The translations under genes were made by a program, and so were the position numbers. This document shows, in pieces, positions 27,279 to 37,142 of a stretch of DNA of 64,000 nucleotides. How positions within the stretch are numbered: position 1 is the stretch's first letter; every line of letters starts with the position of its first letter. Source of the DNA: Thermoanaerobaculia bacterium (GTDB lineage: Bacteria > Acidobacteriota > Thermoanaerobaculia > Multivoradales > Multivoraceae); contig OY762911.1 of assembly GCA_963666565.1 (NCBI GenBank), forward strand, positions 3,904,001 to 3,968,000, given 5' to 3'. The notes under the pieces are model-generated. The model searched no databases. It was not told the origin of the DNA and saw only the letters and a program-made list of their open reading frames with translations.

Positions 27279-28040
27279 CTACAGGCTCCAGCCGCCGTCC
27301 ACCGTCACCGTGTGGCCGGTGACGAACACGTTGCGCTCGATCAGGGCGAGGATCGCGTCGGCGCAGGTTTCGGGAGTCGCCACGCCCTTGAGTGGCGCGC
27401 CCGCGCTGACGCGCTGCTGGGCCTTGTCGTAGGTCTCGTCGCCGAGTCCGCCGCGCAGCCAACGCCCCTCGATGAAGCCGGGAGCGATCGTGTTGACCCG
27501 GATCTCCGGGCCGAGCACGCGCGCCAGCGACTTCGTCATCACGATGACCGCGGCCTTGGACGCGGCGTACGGGATGCTGCTGCCCCCGCCGCCGATCCCG
27601 GCGATCGAAGCGACGTTGACCACTGCCCCCTCTCCTGCGGCCTTCATGTGCGGGGCGGCCGCGCGCGTGCAGTTGAAGACGCCGCGCAGGTTGGCGCCGA
27701 GGATGTCGTCCCAGACCTCGTCGGTCACGCCCTCCAGGTCGTCATGCGCGATGAAGTGCGTCATCCCCGCGTTGTTCACGAGGATGTGCAGCGCACCGAA
27801 CGCATCGACGGCCGACGCGATGAGGCGCCGGCAGTCGGCGTCCTCGCGCATGTCGGCCTGGACGGCGACGGCACTGCCGCCGCGGTCCCGAATGCCGGAG
27901 ACGATCCGCTCGGCGGCATCGGCGCCGCTGTGGTAGTTGACGACGACCGACGCGCCCAGACTCGCCAGCAGTTCGGCCGTCGCCTCGCCGACGCCCGACG
28001 AGGAACCGGTGACGACGGCGACCTTGCCTTCGATCTCCAT
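27279..28040 (-). CDS. SDR family oxidoreductase
   Basis: TGSSSGVG, NNAG, YAASK. Confidence 0.93.
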   Translation of the reverse strand: MEIEGKVAVVTGSSSGVGEATAELLASLGASVVVNYHSGADAAERIVSGIRDRGGSAVAVQADMREDADCRRLIASAVDAFGALHILVNNAGMTHFIAHDDLEGVTDEVWDDILGANLRGVFNCTRAAAPHMKAAGEGAVVNVASIAGIGGGGSSIPYAASKAAVIVMTKSLARVLGPEIRVNTIAPGFIEGRWLRGGLGDETYDKAQQRVSAGAPLKGVATPETCADAILALIERNVFVTGHTVTVDGGWSL

Positions 28041-28104
28041 GACGCGTCCCGGACGGTCAGCCGAACGCGCCTCGGGCGCACCGCTTCGCGGCCTCGCACT
28101 CGAT

Positions 28105-28127
28105 GCCGGCCAGATGGCCGGCGCACC
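28105..28127 (+). repeat. REP-like repeat (variant B, diverged)
   Basis: GCCGGCCAGATGGCCGGCGCACC: hairpin plus GCACC tail. Confidence 0.6.
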
Positions 28128-28149
28128 GACACCCTGTGCCGCGCACTGC

Positions 28150-28941
28150 CTACCGGCCCTTCCAGTTCGGCGGCCGCTTCTCGGCGAACGCCTTCGGGCC
28201 CTCGATCAGGTCCTCCGACTGGTTCATCTGCGCCGTCCACGGGAAGATCGAACCTGCGGCCTGCTCGAGCGCCATGCCGAGGCCCTTGTTCGCCGCCTCC
28301 TTGCTGGCGCGCACCGACAGCGGCGCGCACTCCAGGATCTGCGCCGCCCAGGCCCGGGCCCGGTCGAGCAGTTCCTCGTGGGCGCAGATCTCGTTGACGA
28401 TCCCGAGTTCCTTCGCTTCCTGCGGCGTGATGTGCCGGCCGGTCAGCAGCATGCCCATCGCCTGGTGGTAGGGGATCTGCCGCGGCAGGCGGTGAACGCC
28501 CAGGGCGCCCGCCATCAGCCCGACCCGCGGCTCGGGCAGCCCGAAGGTGGCCTTCTCGGAGGCGACGATGATGTCGCAGGCGAGGACCAGCTCGAAGCCG
28601 CCGCCGAGGGCGAAGCCGTTGACCGCCGCGATCATCGGCTTGTGCAGGTCGAAGCGGGCCGTGATGCCGCCGAAACCGCCGCGCACGCCCTTCATCCCGG
28701 CCCGCACGACCTTGCTGCCGTGCTCGGCCTGGTACTTCAGATCGTTGCCGGCCGAGAACGCGCGGTCGCCCGCGCCGGTGAGGATCGCGACCCAGGCTTC
28801 GTCGTCGGCCGCGAAGTCGTTGAACACCGAGTCGAGCTCCTGGCTCGTCGGCGGGTGAATCGCGTTCATGCGTTCCGGCCGGTTGAGGGTCACTTCCCAG
28901 ACGTGGTCCTTCTTCTCGACCTGGAGAAACTCGTAGCTCAC
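28150..28941 (-). CDS. enoyl-CoA hydratase/isomerase (CaiD-like)
   Basis: AFSAGNDL, AVNGFALGGGFELVLACD, FGLPEPRVG. Confidence 0.93.
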   Translation of the reverse strand: MSYEFLQVEKKDHVWEVTLNRPERMNAIHPPTSQELDSVFNDFAADDEAWVAILTGAGDRAFSAGNDLKYQAEHGSKVVRAGMKGVRGGFGGITARFDLHKPMIAAVNGFALGGGFELVLACDIIVASEKATFGLPEPRVGLMAGALGVHRLPRQIPYHQAMGMLLTGRHITPQEAKELGIVNEICAHEELLDRARAWAAQILECAPLSVRASKEAANKGLGMALEQAAGSIFPWTAQMNQSEDLIEGPKAFAEKRPPNWKGR

Positions 28942-29130
28942 TTGCCTGCTCCTGTTCGCTTGCGGGGCCGTTTCACGGCCGTTTCATGGAAGGCCGCGAG
29001 AGTAGCAGCAGCCCCGTGCGGCCGAGACCGAACCGGATGCGCGGGCGCCCTTGCCGGCTTGCGGGTTGCGGCGGCGCCTGACCGCCAGCTTGGCCGGAAC
29101 CTGGCGCCAGTTGTTACCGTTCCACCCGAC

Positions 29131-30183
29131 GTGACGCTCCTGCCCCTCCCCACCGGCCCCGGCCCGGACGCCGCTCCGTACCGGAGCGGCGACTGGTCGT
29201 ACGACCCCGACCCGAACCGGGTCGCGGCCGCCGCCGCCGAATGGCGCAGCCTCCACGACCTCGCTCCCGCCGCGGCCGACGAGGCGCGCCGCGTCCTCCT
29301 CCTGATCGACGAGCAGCGGGACTTCTGCCTGCCCGAGGGCGCCCTCTACGTCGGCGGCCGCTCGGGCCGAGGCGCGGTCGAGGACACCGACCGCGTCGTC
29401 CGCTTCATCTACCGCAACCTGGGCAACCTGACCGAGATCGCCTCCAGCCTCGACAGCCACCTGCCCCAGCAGATCTTCTTCTCCTCGTTCTGGGTCGACG
29501 CCTCCGGCAACCAGCTCGACAGCTACCGCGAAGTGCTCGCATCCGAAGTCGAAGCGGGCAAGGCCCTCCCCGACCCCGCCCTGGCAGTCCGGTTCGGCGA
29601 CGGCAGCCACGGCTGGCTCAGGCGCCAGGCCCTGGACTATTGCCGGCGGCTCGAGGCGACCGGCCGCTACCGCCTCTACCTGTGGCCGCCCCATTGCTTC
29701 CTCGGCAGCGAGGGCCACGCCCTGGTCGGCGCGATCCAGGAGGCCCGGCTGTTCTTCAGCTACGCCCGCGGCGCAGAGACGCCAATGTTCATCAAGGGCA
29801 CGAACCCCCTGTCGGAGCACTACTCCGTGCTCGCGCCCGAAGTGCTGGTCCGGCACGACGGCGAAGAACTCGACCGGCGCAACGAGGCGCTGATCGACCG
29901 GCTGCTCGAAGCCGATGCCCTGATCGTCGCCGGCCAGGCCGCCAGCCACTGCGTCCGCAGCACGGTGGACGACCTGCTCGCCGAGATGACGTCCCGCGGC
30001 GTTCCCCCAGGCAAGATGCACATCCTCGCCGACTGCATGTCGGCGGTCGCCGTGCCCGATCCGGCCACGCCCGGCGGGTTCGTCGCCGACTTCACACCCG
30101 AGGTCGAGGCCTCGATGAAGCGCTGGCAGGAAGCCGGCGTCCACATCGCAACCTCCGAAGACGACGCCTCAAACTGGGGCTGA
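29131..30183 (+). CDS. pncA: nicotinamidase (isochorismatase/cysteine hydrolase family)
   Basis: LLIDEQRDFC..G.LYV.G, SLDSH, WPPHC, KG......YS, GQAASHCV; start (GTG 29131) approximate; adjacent to nadE/pncB. Confidence 0.8.
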   Translation: MTLLPLPTGPGPDAAPYRSGDWSYDPDPNRVAAAAAEWRSLHDLAPAAADEARRVLLLIDEQRDFCLPEGALYVGGRSGRGAVEDTDRVVRFIYRNLGNLTEIASSLDSHLPQQIFFSSFWVDASGNQLDSYREVLASEVEAGKALPDPALAVRFGDGSHGWLRRQALDYCRRLEATGRYRLYLWPPHCFLGSEGHALVGAIQEARLFFSYARGAETPMFIKGTNPLSEHYSVLAPEVLVRHDGEELDRRNEALIDRLLEADALIVAGQAASHCVRSTVDDLLAEMTSRGVPPGKMHILADCMSAVAVPDPATPGGFVADFTPEVEASMKRWQEAGVHIATSEDDASNWG

Positions 30184-30254
30184 GCCCAAGGCAGGCGGAC
30201 GCCGGTCTTTGGCCCCTTTCATCCGAGCTCCGCCGTCCGCTACGCCGCCCGCGG

Positions 30255-30278
30255 GCGGGTCAGAAGACCCGCGCACCC
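30255..30278 (+). repeat. REP-like repeat (variant A core)
   Basis: GCGGGTCAGAAGACCCGCGCACCC. Confidence 0.8.
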
Positions 30279-30310
30279 AGCAGAGTCCGGACAGAGGCCG
30301 ACGCCGTCCA

Positions 30311-30472
30311 GCTTGTCCGGGGGCCTGTGGGGAGGCGCCCAGCGGACTCGAAGCGAGCGACGGCCACCGACCTCTCGGCAACCGACGACCTGCCGGAGCG
30401 AGCGCCCACCTTCCCTGTCCCGAGAGAGCGCGAGCGTACGCTGGGCGCCTCCCCACAGGCACCCGGACAAGC
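30311..30472. mobile_element. MITE-like / long-hairpin element with 34-bp inverted ends
   Basis: 30311-30344 and 30439-30472 are reverse complements with one mismatch; no ORF; mobility is inferred. Confidence 0.5.
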
Positions 30473-30495
30473 GGGTGCCCCATCGCCGCCGTCGC

Positions 30496-32589
30496 CTACG
30501 GCACGTTGCGCCGCAGTTCCTCGACCCATACAGCCGGTCCGCCGTCGGACGGCGCCCGCCAGTCGCCGCGGGGCGACAGCGATCCGCCCGAGCCCACCTT
30601 GGGGCCGTTCGGCAGCGCCGAGCGCTTGAACTGGCTGGTGCCGAAGAACCGGACCAGGAACACCTCCAGCCAGCGCTTGATCTCGTCCAGCGAGTACTCC
30701 CGGCGGTCGGCTTCGGGCATCGTGTCGAGCCAGGCGCCGCGGTTCCGGTCGCCCCAGGCCTGGTGGGCAAGGTAGGCGACCCGGCTCGGCCGGTAGCCGT
30801 ACCTGCTCAGATAGTAGAGGTGGAAGTCCTGCAGCTCGAACGGCCCGATCGCCTCCTCGGTCGACTGCGCCGGCTCGCCGTTGCCGTCCTCCCCGCCCTC
30901 CTCCGGCGGCACCAGCTCCGGCGAAATCTCCGTGTCGACGATCGACTGCAACGTCTCGCTGGCCGCGGCGCCGAACTCTCCGCGCTCGATCTCCCAGCGG
31001 ATCAGGTGCTGGATGAGGGTCTTCGGGACCGACGAGTTCACGCTGTAGTGGGCCATCTGGTCGCCGACGCCGTAGGTACACCAGCCCAGCGCCAGTTCCG
31101 ACAGGTCGCCGGTGCCGATGACCAACCCCCGGTGGAGATTCGCGAGCCGGAAGAGGTGGGCCGTGCGTTCGCCGGCCTGTACGTTCTCGAAGGTCGAGTC
31201 GTAGGCCCCGCCGCCGCGCTCGCCGCGCCCGTACGGATGGTCGATCGCCTTCAGCATCTCCTCGCTCGGCGGCCGGATGTCGATCTCGGCCGCGGTCACG
31301 CCGAGCGCCGCCATCAGCCGTTTCGCGTTCTCGTACGTTCGCGTCGAGGTGCCGAAGCCCGGCAGCGTCCAGGCGAGGATGTTCGACGCCGGCAGGTCCA
31401 GCCGCGCGAAGGCCCGCACGCAGACGATCAGGGCGTGGCTCGAGTCGAGCCCGCCGGAGACGCCGATGACGACCTTCTTGAGGCCGGTGGCCCGCAGCCG
31501 CTGGACGAGACCCGAGACCTGGATGTCGAACGCCTCGGCGCAGCGTTCGTCCCGCTCGGCGCTGTCCGCCGGCACGTACGGGAAGCGCGGGATCTCGCGG
31601 CGGAGCGCCACCGCGGCCGGGGGCCGCTCCACCGTCACCGGAATCTGCCGGAACTCGCCCGCCCAGGACTCCCGGCGTCTCGCGTCCCGGAACGTCGACA
31701 TCCGGATCCGCTCCTGGCGCAGCCGCTCCAGGTCGATGTCGGCCGCGATCGTCTGCGGCTCCAGGCTGAAGCGCTCCGACTCCGCCAGCCGTTCCCCGTT
31801 CTCGCAGATCAGGCCGTGGCTGTCCCAGGCCAGGTCGGTCGTCGACTCCCCGGCGCCCGCTCCGGCGTAGACGTAGGCGGCGATCGACCGGCCCGACTGC
31901 GACGCGCACAGGAGCCGCCGGTAGTCCGCCTTGCCGATCGTCACGTTGCTCGCCGACAGGTTGAACAGCACGGACGCTCCGGCGAGCGCGCCGCGCGTGC
32001 TCGGCGGCAGCGGCGACCACAGGTCCTCGCAGATCTCGACGTGGAAGCGGAAGTCCGGAACGGGGCCCACGTCGAACAGCAGATCGTCGCCGAAGGGCAC
32101 GTCCTCGCCGCCCAGGGACACGGCGTCCGACCGCCTCGACTCGGCGGCGGCGAAGTAGCGCTTCTCGTAGTACTCGCGGTAGTTCGGCAGATAGACCTTG
32201 GGCACGATGCCGGCGATCCGGCCGCCATGCACCACGGCCGCGACGTTGAACACCGCGCCGTCGGCCTCGAGCGGCAGGCCGACGATCAGGACCGGGCGCA
32301 GGTCTCGCGAAGCCGCCGCAAGCTCCAGCAGCGCCGCGCGCGAGCCCTCGAGTACAGCGGACTGGTGGAACAGGTCGTCCAGCGAGTAGCCGCTCAGGTT
32401 GAGTTCGGGGAGCACGGCGGCGACGATGCCGTCTCCGTCCGCCCTCCGCGCCAGCTCGAGCGTGCGTTCCAGGTTCGCCGCCGGATCGGCGATCTCGACG
32501 CGCGGCAGGCACGCCGCGACCCGGGCGAACCCATGCTCGTAGAGGTCGTCGAAGCGCCGAACTGCTGACCTGTCCCGACTTGCGGCCAT
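30496..32589 (-). CDS. nadE: glutamine-dependent NAD+ synthetase
   Basis: N-terminal nitrilase domain ([25 protein letters not shown]) plus [34 protein letters not shown]. Confidence 0.97.
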   Translation of the reverse strand: MAASRDRSAVRRFDDLYEHGFARVAACLPRVEIADPAANLERTLELARRADGDGIVAAVLPELNLSGYSLDDLFHQSAVLEGSRAALLELAAASRDLRPVLIVGLPLEADGAVFNVAAVVHGGRIAGIVPKVYLPNYREYYEKRYFAAAESRRSDAVSLGGEDVPFGDDLLFDVGPVPDFRFHVEICEDLWSPLPPSTRGALAGASVLFNLSASNVTIGKADYRRLLCASQSGRSIAAYVYAGAGAGESTTDLAWDSHGLICENGERLAESERFSLEPQTIAADIDLERLRQERIRMSTFRDARRRESWAGEFRQIPVTVERPPAAVALRREIPRFPYVPADSAERDERCAEAFDIQVSGLVQRLRATGLKKVVIGVSGGLDSSHALIVCVRAFARLDLPASNILAWTLPGFGTSTRTYENAKRLMAALGVTAAEIDIRPPSEEMLKAIDHPYGRGERGGGAYDSTFENVQAGERTAHLFRLANLHRGLVIGTGDLSELALGWCTYGVGDQMAHYSVNSSVPKTLIQHLIRWEIERGEFGAAASETLQSIVDTEISPELVPPEEGGEDGNGEPAQSTEEAIGPFELQDFHLYYLSRYGYRPSRVAYLAHQAWGDRNRGAWLDTMPEADRREYSLDEIKRWLEVFLVRFFGTSQFKRSALPNGPKVGSGGSLSPRGDWRAPSDGGPAVWVEELRRNVP

Positions 32590-32662
32590 GCCGGATTATG
32601 AACGACCCGCCGGCAGAGCGTCGTCGCGACCGCCGCCGGCCGGCCGCGAGCGGCCCGGCGCC

Positions 32663-34078
32663 TCACGCCGAACGGGCGGTCGACGCCTGCGACGCCTCCA
32701 GCCGCGCACACCGTTCGCGCAAGCTGGCCGTGACCTCGACCGGCGCCGGCCCGTGAGCTTCGAGGCCCATCAGCGCCGGCGGCAGCGAGGCCACTTCGCG
32801 CTCCGCCGCCTCGCGCGCGGCCGCAAGCGCCGGCAGCGGCTCGACCAGCTCGCCCTCTTCCAGCACCGGCAGGAGGAGATCGCGGCCGCCCGGATCGTCC
32901 AGGCCGGCGGCATTCCCGGCGTCGTCGAGGGCGTGGATCACGTCCCGCACGACGGCGCCGCCGGCATCCCGATAGCGACGTACCTGAAGCCGTCCCGGCA
33001 AGGACGTCTTGTCGGCCCCGGCGCCGAACTTGAACACCGGCCGCCACCGCTCTTCGCCCGCCCGCTTGATGGCCGACAGCTTGTAAACGCCTCCCAGCGC
33101 GCCCGCTCCCGCCGCCGTGACCAGGGAGGTGCCCACGCCCCAGATGTCGATCGCGGCGCCCGCCCGCCGCAGCGCCAGGATCTTCTTCTCGTCGAGGTTG
33201 TCGCTGACGACGATCGCGACCTCGTCGAGCCCGGCCTCGTCGAGCCGCCGGCGGGCCGCGCGGCTCTGCATCAACAGGTCGCCGGAATCCAGCCGGATCC
33301 CGAGCAGCCGCTGACCCCGCCGCTCGAGCCGCCGCGCCGTGGCGATCGCGTGTTCGATTCCCTGCTCCACGTCGTAGGTGTCGACCAGCAGGACGCAGTT
33401 GTTCGGCATCGTCTCGGCGAAGGCGTCGAAGGCCTCGGGCTCCGAGTCGAAGGCCTGGACCCAACTGTGCGCGTGGGTGCCCCGCACCGGAATCCCGAAG
33501 CGCCGGCCCGCCTCGAGGTTCGAGGTCGCGACGCAGCCGCCGACATAGGCGGCGCGGCTGGCGCTCAGGCCCCCGTCGAAGCCCTGCGCCCGGCGCAGTC
33601 CGAACTCCAGCACGGGCTGGCCCGGCGCCGCGACGTGGCAGAGCCGGGCCGCCTTCGTCGCCACCAGCGTCTGGAAGTTGAAGACGTTGAGGACGGGCGT
33701 CTCGATCAACTGGCCGACCAGCAGCGGCGCCTCGACGCGGAGCAGCGGTTCCTTGGCGAAAACGGCCGTGCCCTCCGGCACGGCGGCGAGCGAGACGGAA
33801 AGGTCGAGCTCCGGCAGCGCCTCCAGGAAGTCGCGGGCGAACAGCGGCCGGCCGTCGTTGCCGGCGAGGCTCCGCAGGTACTCGATGTCCTCCGGCTCGA
33901 ATCGAAGGCCGAGCAGGAAGTCCACGACCTGCTCCAGGCCCGCGGCGATGGCGAAGCCGCCGTCGAACGGCGTGTGGCGGATCGAGAGATAGAAGCTGGC
34001 CCGATCCAGGTGCCGGCCATGCCGCCAGTAGCCCTGGGCCATCGTCAACTGGTAGAGGTCGGTGGTGAGAGCGCTCAC
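32663..34078 (-). CDS. pncB: nicotinate phosphoribosyltransferase
   Basis: TDLYQLTM, EFGLRRAQG, GTHAHSW, LVDTYD, IRLDSGD, GVGT, GVYKL. Confidence 0.95.
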   Translation of the reverse strand: MSALTTDLYQLTMAQGYWRHGRHLDRASFYLSIRHTPFDGGFAIAAGLEQVVDFLLGLRFEPEDIEYLRSLAGNDGRPLFARDFLEALPELDLSVSLAAVPEGTAVFAKEPLLRVEAPLLVGQLIETPVLNVFNFQTLVATKAARLCHVAAPGQPVLEFGLRRAQGFDGGLSASRAAYVGGCVATSNLEAGRRFGIPVRGTHAHSWVQAFDSEPEAFDAFAETMPNNCVLLVDTYDVEQGIEHAIATARRLERRGQRLLGIRLDSGDLLMQSRAARRRLDEAGLDEVAIVVSDNLDEKKILALRRAGAAIDIWGVGTSLVTAAGAGALGGVYKLSAIKRAGEERWRPVFKFGAGADKTSLPGRLQVRRYRDAGGAVVRDVIHALDDAGNAAGLDDPGGRDLLLPVLEEGELVEPLPALAAAREAAEREVASLPPALMGLEAHGPAPVEVTASLRERCARLEASQASTARSA

Positions 34079-36030
34079 GACGACGCCTCCAGCGGTTCCC
34101 GCGCCGGGCGGTGCTGGTACAGCTCGCCGTCCACGAAACCGAGCCGCCGGTAGTACTCGCGGGTGCCGACCGAGGAGATGACGGCGACCCGCTCGAACCC
34201 GGCGCCGGCCGCGATGCCGAGGGCCCCGGCGATCAGCCGGCGGCCGAGGCCGGCGTGCTGCGACCGGCCCTCCTCCCGCTCGCCCAGGCCGACGACGGCG
34301 CCGTAGACGTGGACCTCGCGGACGATCGCCGCGTTCGCCAGCTCCGGTAGCGAGAGCGCCGTCCGCCGGGTGCGCGGGTCTTCCGACGCGCACGGGGTAC
34401 TCGGGCTGGCCGAAGCGGGCAGGCGGAGCCGGAGGAAGCCGGCGATCCGGTCCTCAGCGGTCACGAACTCGAGGAAGATCTCCCGGCCGCCCGAGGCCTC
34501 GTAGTCCGTGCGCCGCAACCGGAGCCGGCCCGGATCGACCGGGCGGCCGCCGACCTCGCGGGCGCGGATGTCCCGGCAGCGGACGCCGCGCGCAGACGCT
34601 TCGGCCTCGGCCACCTGGCGCAGGTTCGTCGTGCGGTTGCCGGTCACGATGTCCGTGCCGGGAATGTCGCGGATCACCCGGGTCAGCCGGCAGTAGCGCG
34701 GCGCGGCGCCCAGAGCGTGGACCAACACGTCGAGCAACTCGTCCGCTTCGTAGGGGCGCCACTCGCCGCGGCGGTGGTACGCCATCAGTTCGGCGCTCTC
34801 GATCAGGGAACAGGGATAGACCTTGAGCTCGTCCGGCCGCACGTCGGGATCGAGGAACAGCCGGTCGAAGTCGTCGCGGTCCTTCGCGGGCGTCGAACCG
34901 TGGAGATTCGGCATCCAGTGCGCCTGGATCTTGAACCCGGCCTGGCGCAGCAGGCGCACGGCGCGCCGCGACCGGGCCGTGTCGTGGCCGCGCCGGTTCA
35001 GGTCCAGGACGCCGTCGTCCATGCTCTGGATGCCGATCTGGACCTTGGTGGCGCCGAGCCGCCTCATGCGGAGCGCCTCCGCCGCGTCGAGCCGGTCGGG
35101 CCGGGTCTCGAGCGACAGCCCGACGCAGCGGACCGGCGCCGTCTCGTTGATCCGCTGCGCGACTTCCAGATCCGCCCAACGAGCGGTCTGAAGCCGGGCC
35201 TGGTCCGCCGCCCGGGGATGGGCCGACGTCCAGTCGGAGACGACCTCGTTGTAACTCCTTCCGAGCGTCCGCTGACGGACGCTCGGCCAGGTTCGCGTCC
35301 TGCGCGTTTCCCCGCAAGCCGGGTCGCGGCGCTGAGAGTCCGCGTCTTCGGCGGCGGCCTTCGCCGGCGCCAGCAGTGCGCCTTCGACGGTCTCGTCGAG
35401 CTCCCGGAAGTCGACCTCGGGCGCAAAGCCGGCGAGCGGATCCGCCGGTGGATCGGATGAGAGATGGACGAACTCGTTCATCGCCTGGAGGCAGCGCAGG
35501 ATGAACCACACCTGATAGCCCTCCGGGTAGCTCGACCACGTGCCACCGAGAACGATCAGTTCCACCTTGTCCACCGGATGCCCGGTATGACGGTAGGAAC
35601 GGAGCCGGGCAAGAGTCTGCCGGTAGGGGTCGAACTGGTGTTCGGCGGCCCGCTGGGCGCCCGGCTCGGACGACAGGTAGCTTTTCGGCATCCGCACGTC
35701 GCTGGGGCAGAAGATGCAGCGGCCCGGGCACGGGAAGGGCTTGGTCAGGACGGTCACCGGCGCGACGCCGCTCCGGGTACGAACCGGCTTCATGCGCACC
35801 CGATCGAGGAACGCATGCTCGGCCGCGGAACCTGGCCGGAGCGCCCGATAGCCGCGGATCAGTTCGCTCTTGGAGAAGAAGCCCCTGCCGTCCTTCGGGT
35901 GGCGGCGCAGCAGGTCTTCCAGGTCGCGCGCCTCGAAACGCGGCGCTCTCTCGATGGCGCCGATGATCGCCTCGAGCTCGGCCGCATGCCGCTCGGGCTC
36001 GAACGGATACGCGCTCGCGCCGCCGTTCAT
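34075..36030 (-). CDS. elp3: Elp3-family radical SAM/KAT tRNA uridine(34) acetyltransferase
   Basis: TRSGVAPV...TKPFPCPGRCIFCP...PKSY, DKVELIVLGGTW, ETRPD, WMPNL, LKVYP, RVIRDIP, REVHVYG, QHAGLG, ISSVGTREYYRRLG. Confidence 0.9.
   Translation of the reverse strand: MNGGASAYPFEPERHAAELEAIIGAIERAPRFEARDLEDLLRRHPKDGRGFFSKSELIRGYRALRPGSAAEHAFLDRVRMKPVRTRSGVAPVTVLTKPFPCPGRCIFCPSDVRMPKSYLSSEPGAQRAAEHQFDPYRQTLARLRSYRHTGHPVDKVELIVLGGTWSSYPEGYQVWFILRCLQAMNEFVHLSSDPPADPLAGFAPEVDFRELDETVEGALLAPAKAAAEDADSQRRDPACGETRRTRTWPSVRQRTLGRSYNEVVSDWTSAHPRAADQARLQTARWADLEVAQRINETAPVRCVGLSLETRPDRLDAAEALRMRRLGATKVQIGIQSMDDGVLDLNRRGHDTARSRRAVRLLRQAGFKIQAHWMPNLHGSTPAKDRDDFDRLFLDPDVRPDELKVYPCSLIESAELMAYHRRGEWRPYEADELLDVLVHALGAAPRYCRLTRVIRDIPGTDIVTGNRTTNLRQVAEAEASARGVRCRDIRAREVGGRPVDPGRLRLRRTDYEASGGREIFLEFVTAEDRIAGFLRLRLPASASPSTPCASEDPRTRRTALSLPELANAAIVREVHVYGAVVGLGEREEGRSQHAGLGRRLIAGALGIAAGAGFERVAVISSVGTREYYRRLGFVDGELYQHRPAREPLEASS
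34366..34391 (-). repeat. REP-like copy inside elp3 CDS
   Basis: CCGGGTGCGCGGGTCTTCCGAC matches 6906-6927; translated as ASEDPRTR. Confidence 0.75.
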
Positions 36031-36236
36031 CGAGGGGACTCCTCACGGAGAGGCCGAGCAGGATCCCGATCCAACGGATTGCGTTCGACACTGGCGACGC
36101 TGGCGACGGGAACGCCGTGAGAGCGTGGCGCCGGGTCCCATGCGCACGCGACGCGTTTCGGGGCTATTGTCGCCACCATGACGGGAACCTACTACGGTGC
36201 CGTCCGGCATCGGAAGACGCTGGCCGGGTGACGGCA

Positions 36237-37136
36237 ATGGCGGCGGCAACGGCGCCCGCTGGGCGCTTCGAGGGCCGTGCGGCCCTGGTGACCGGCGGCG
36301 GCAGCGGGATCGGACTCGCGGTAGCCCGAGCCCTCGCTGCGGGCGGCTGCCGCGTCGCTATCGCCGGCAGGGGCGCGGACACCCTCGAGGCGGCTGCCGC
36401 CGCGCTGAACGAAGAGGAGCTCGCGTGCCTGACCGTCGTCGGCGACGTCTCGAGTGCCGGCGGCGCGAGGCGGATCCTGGACGAGACGACGCGCGAACTC
36501 GGCGGCCTCGACATCCTCGTCAACGGCGCCGGCGTCTACCGGACAGGACCTCTGGCTGCGGCCGGCCCGAGCGGCGCGGCGGGCGAGCCGCGGGCCGACG
36601 GCAGCGCCGACTCGGTGGAACTCGCGGCGGACAGCGGCGGCGGCTCGACAGTCGCATCGCGAGCCGGCGGCAACGTCGATCCTGTCGATCTCGTGATCGA
36701 CATCGACCTGAAGGGCGTCCTGTTCGCGACCCGCGCCGCGATTCCCCATCTCCGCGGCAGGCCCGGCGGCGCCTCGATCGTCAACGTCTCGTCCTCGGTC
36801 ACGCTGTCGCCGCTCGCGAACTGCGCCGTCTACTCCGCCGCCAAGGCCGGTGTCGACGCCCTGACGCGCAGCCTGGCGGCGGAACTGGCGGGCGACCGGA
36901 TCCGCGTCAACGCCGTGCTTCCCGGCGTCGTCCGCACCCCGATCTTCGAGACGATCATGCCCCCCGAGGAGGCCGCAGCCTTCCTCGGCGGCTTCGGCGA
37001 GCAGGTACCGCTGGGCCGGGTTGGCGAACCGGACGACATCGCTCGCGCCGTCCTCTTCCTCTGCGATCCCGCGAACGACTGGATCACCGGAGCGCTGCTC
37101 GCCGTCGACGGCGGGCTCAGCCTGGGGTCCGGGTAG
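36237..37136 (+). CDS. SDR family oxidoreductase (with internal low-complexity insertion)
   Basis: TGGGSGIG, NGAG, YSAAK, VDGG. Confidence 0.88.
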   Translation: MAAATAPAGRFEGRAALVTGGGSGIGLAVARALAAGGCRVAIAGRGADTLEAAAAALNEEELACLTVVGDVSSAGGARRILDETTRELGGLDILVNGAGVYRTGPLAAAGPSGAAGEPRADGSADSVELAADSGGGSTVASRAGGNVDPVDLVIDIDLKGVLFATRAAIPHLRGRPGGASIVNVSSSVTLSPLANCAVYSAAKAGVDALTRSLAAELAGDRIRVNAVLPGVVRTPIFETIMPPEEAAAFLGGFGEQVPLGRVGEPDDIARAVLFLCDPANDWITGALLAVDGGLSLGSG

Positions 37137-37142
37137 AGCCGG

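Noticed and set aside
28966-28986. GGCCGTTTCA direct repeat / short palindrome upstream of the enoyl-CoA hydratase and pncA
   Set aside because: Could be an operator, but it is short and GC-rich and matches no regulator motif I can support
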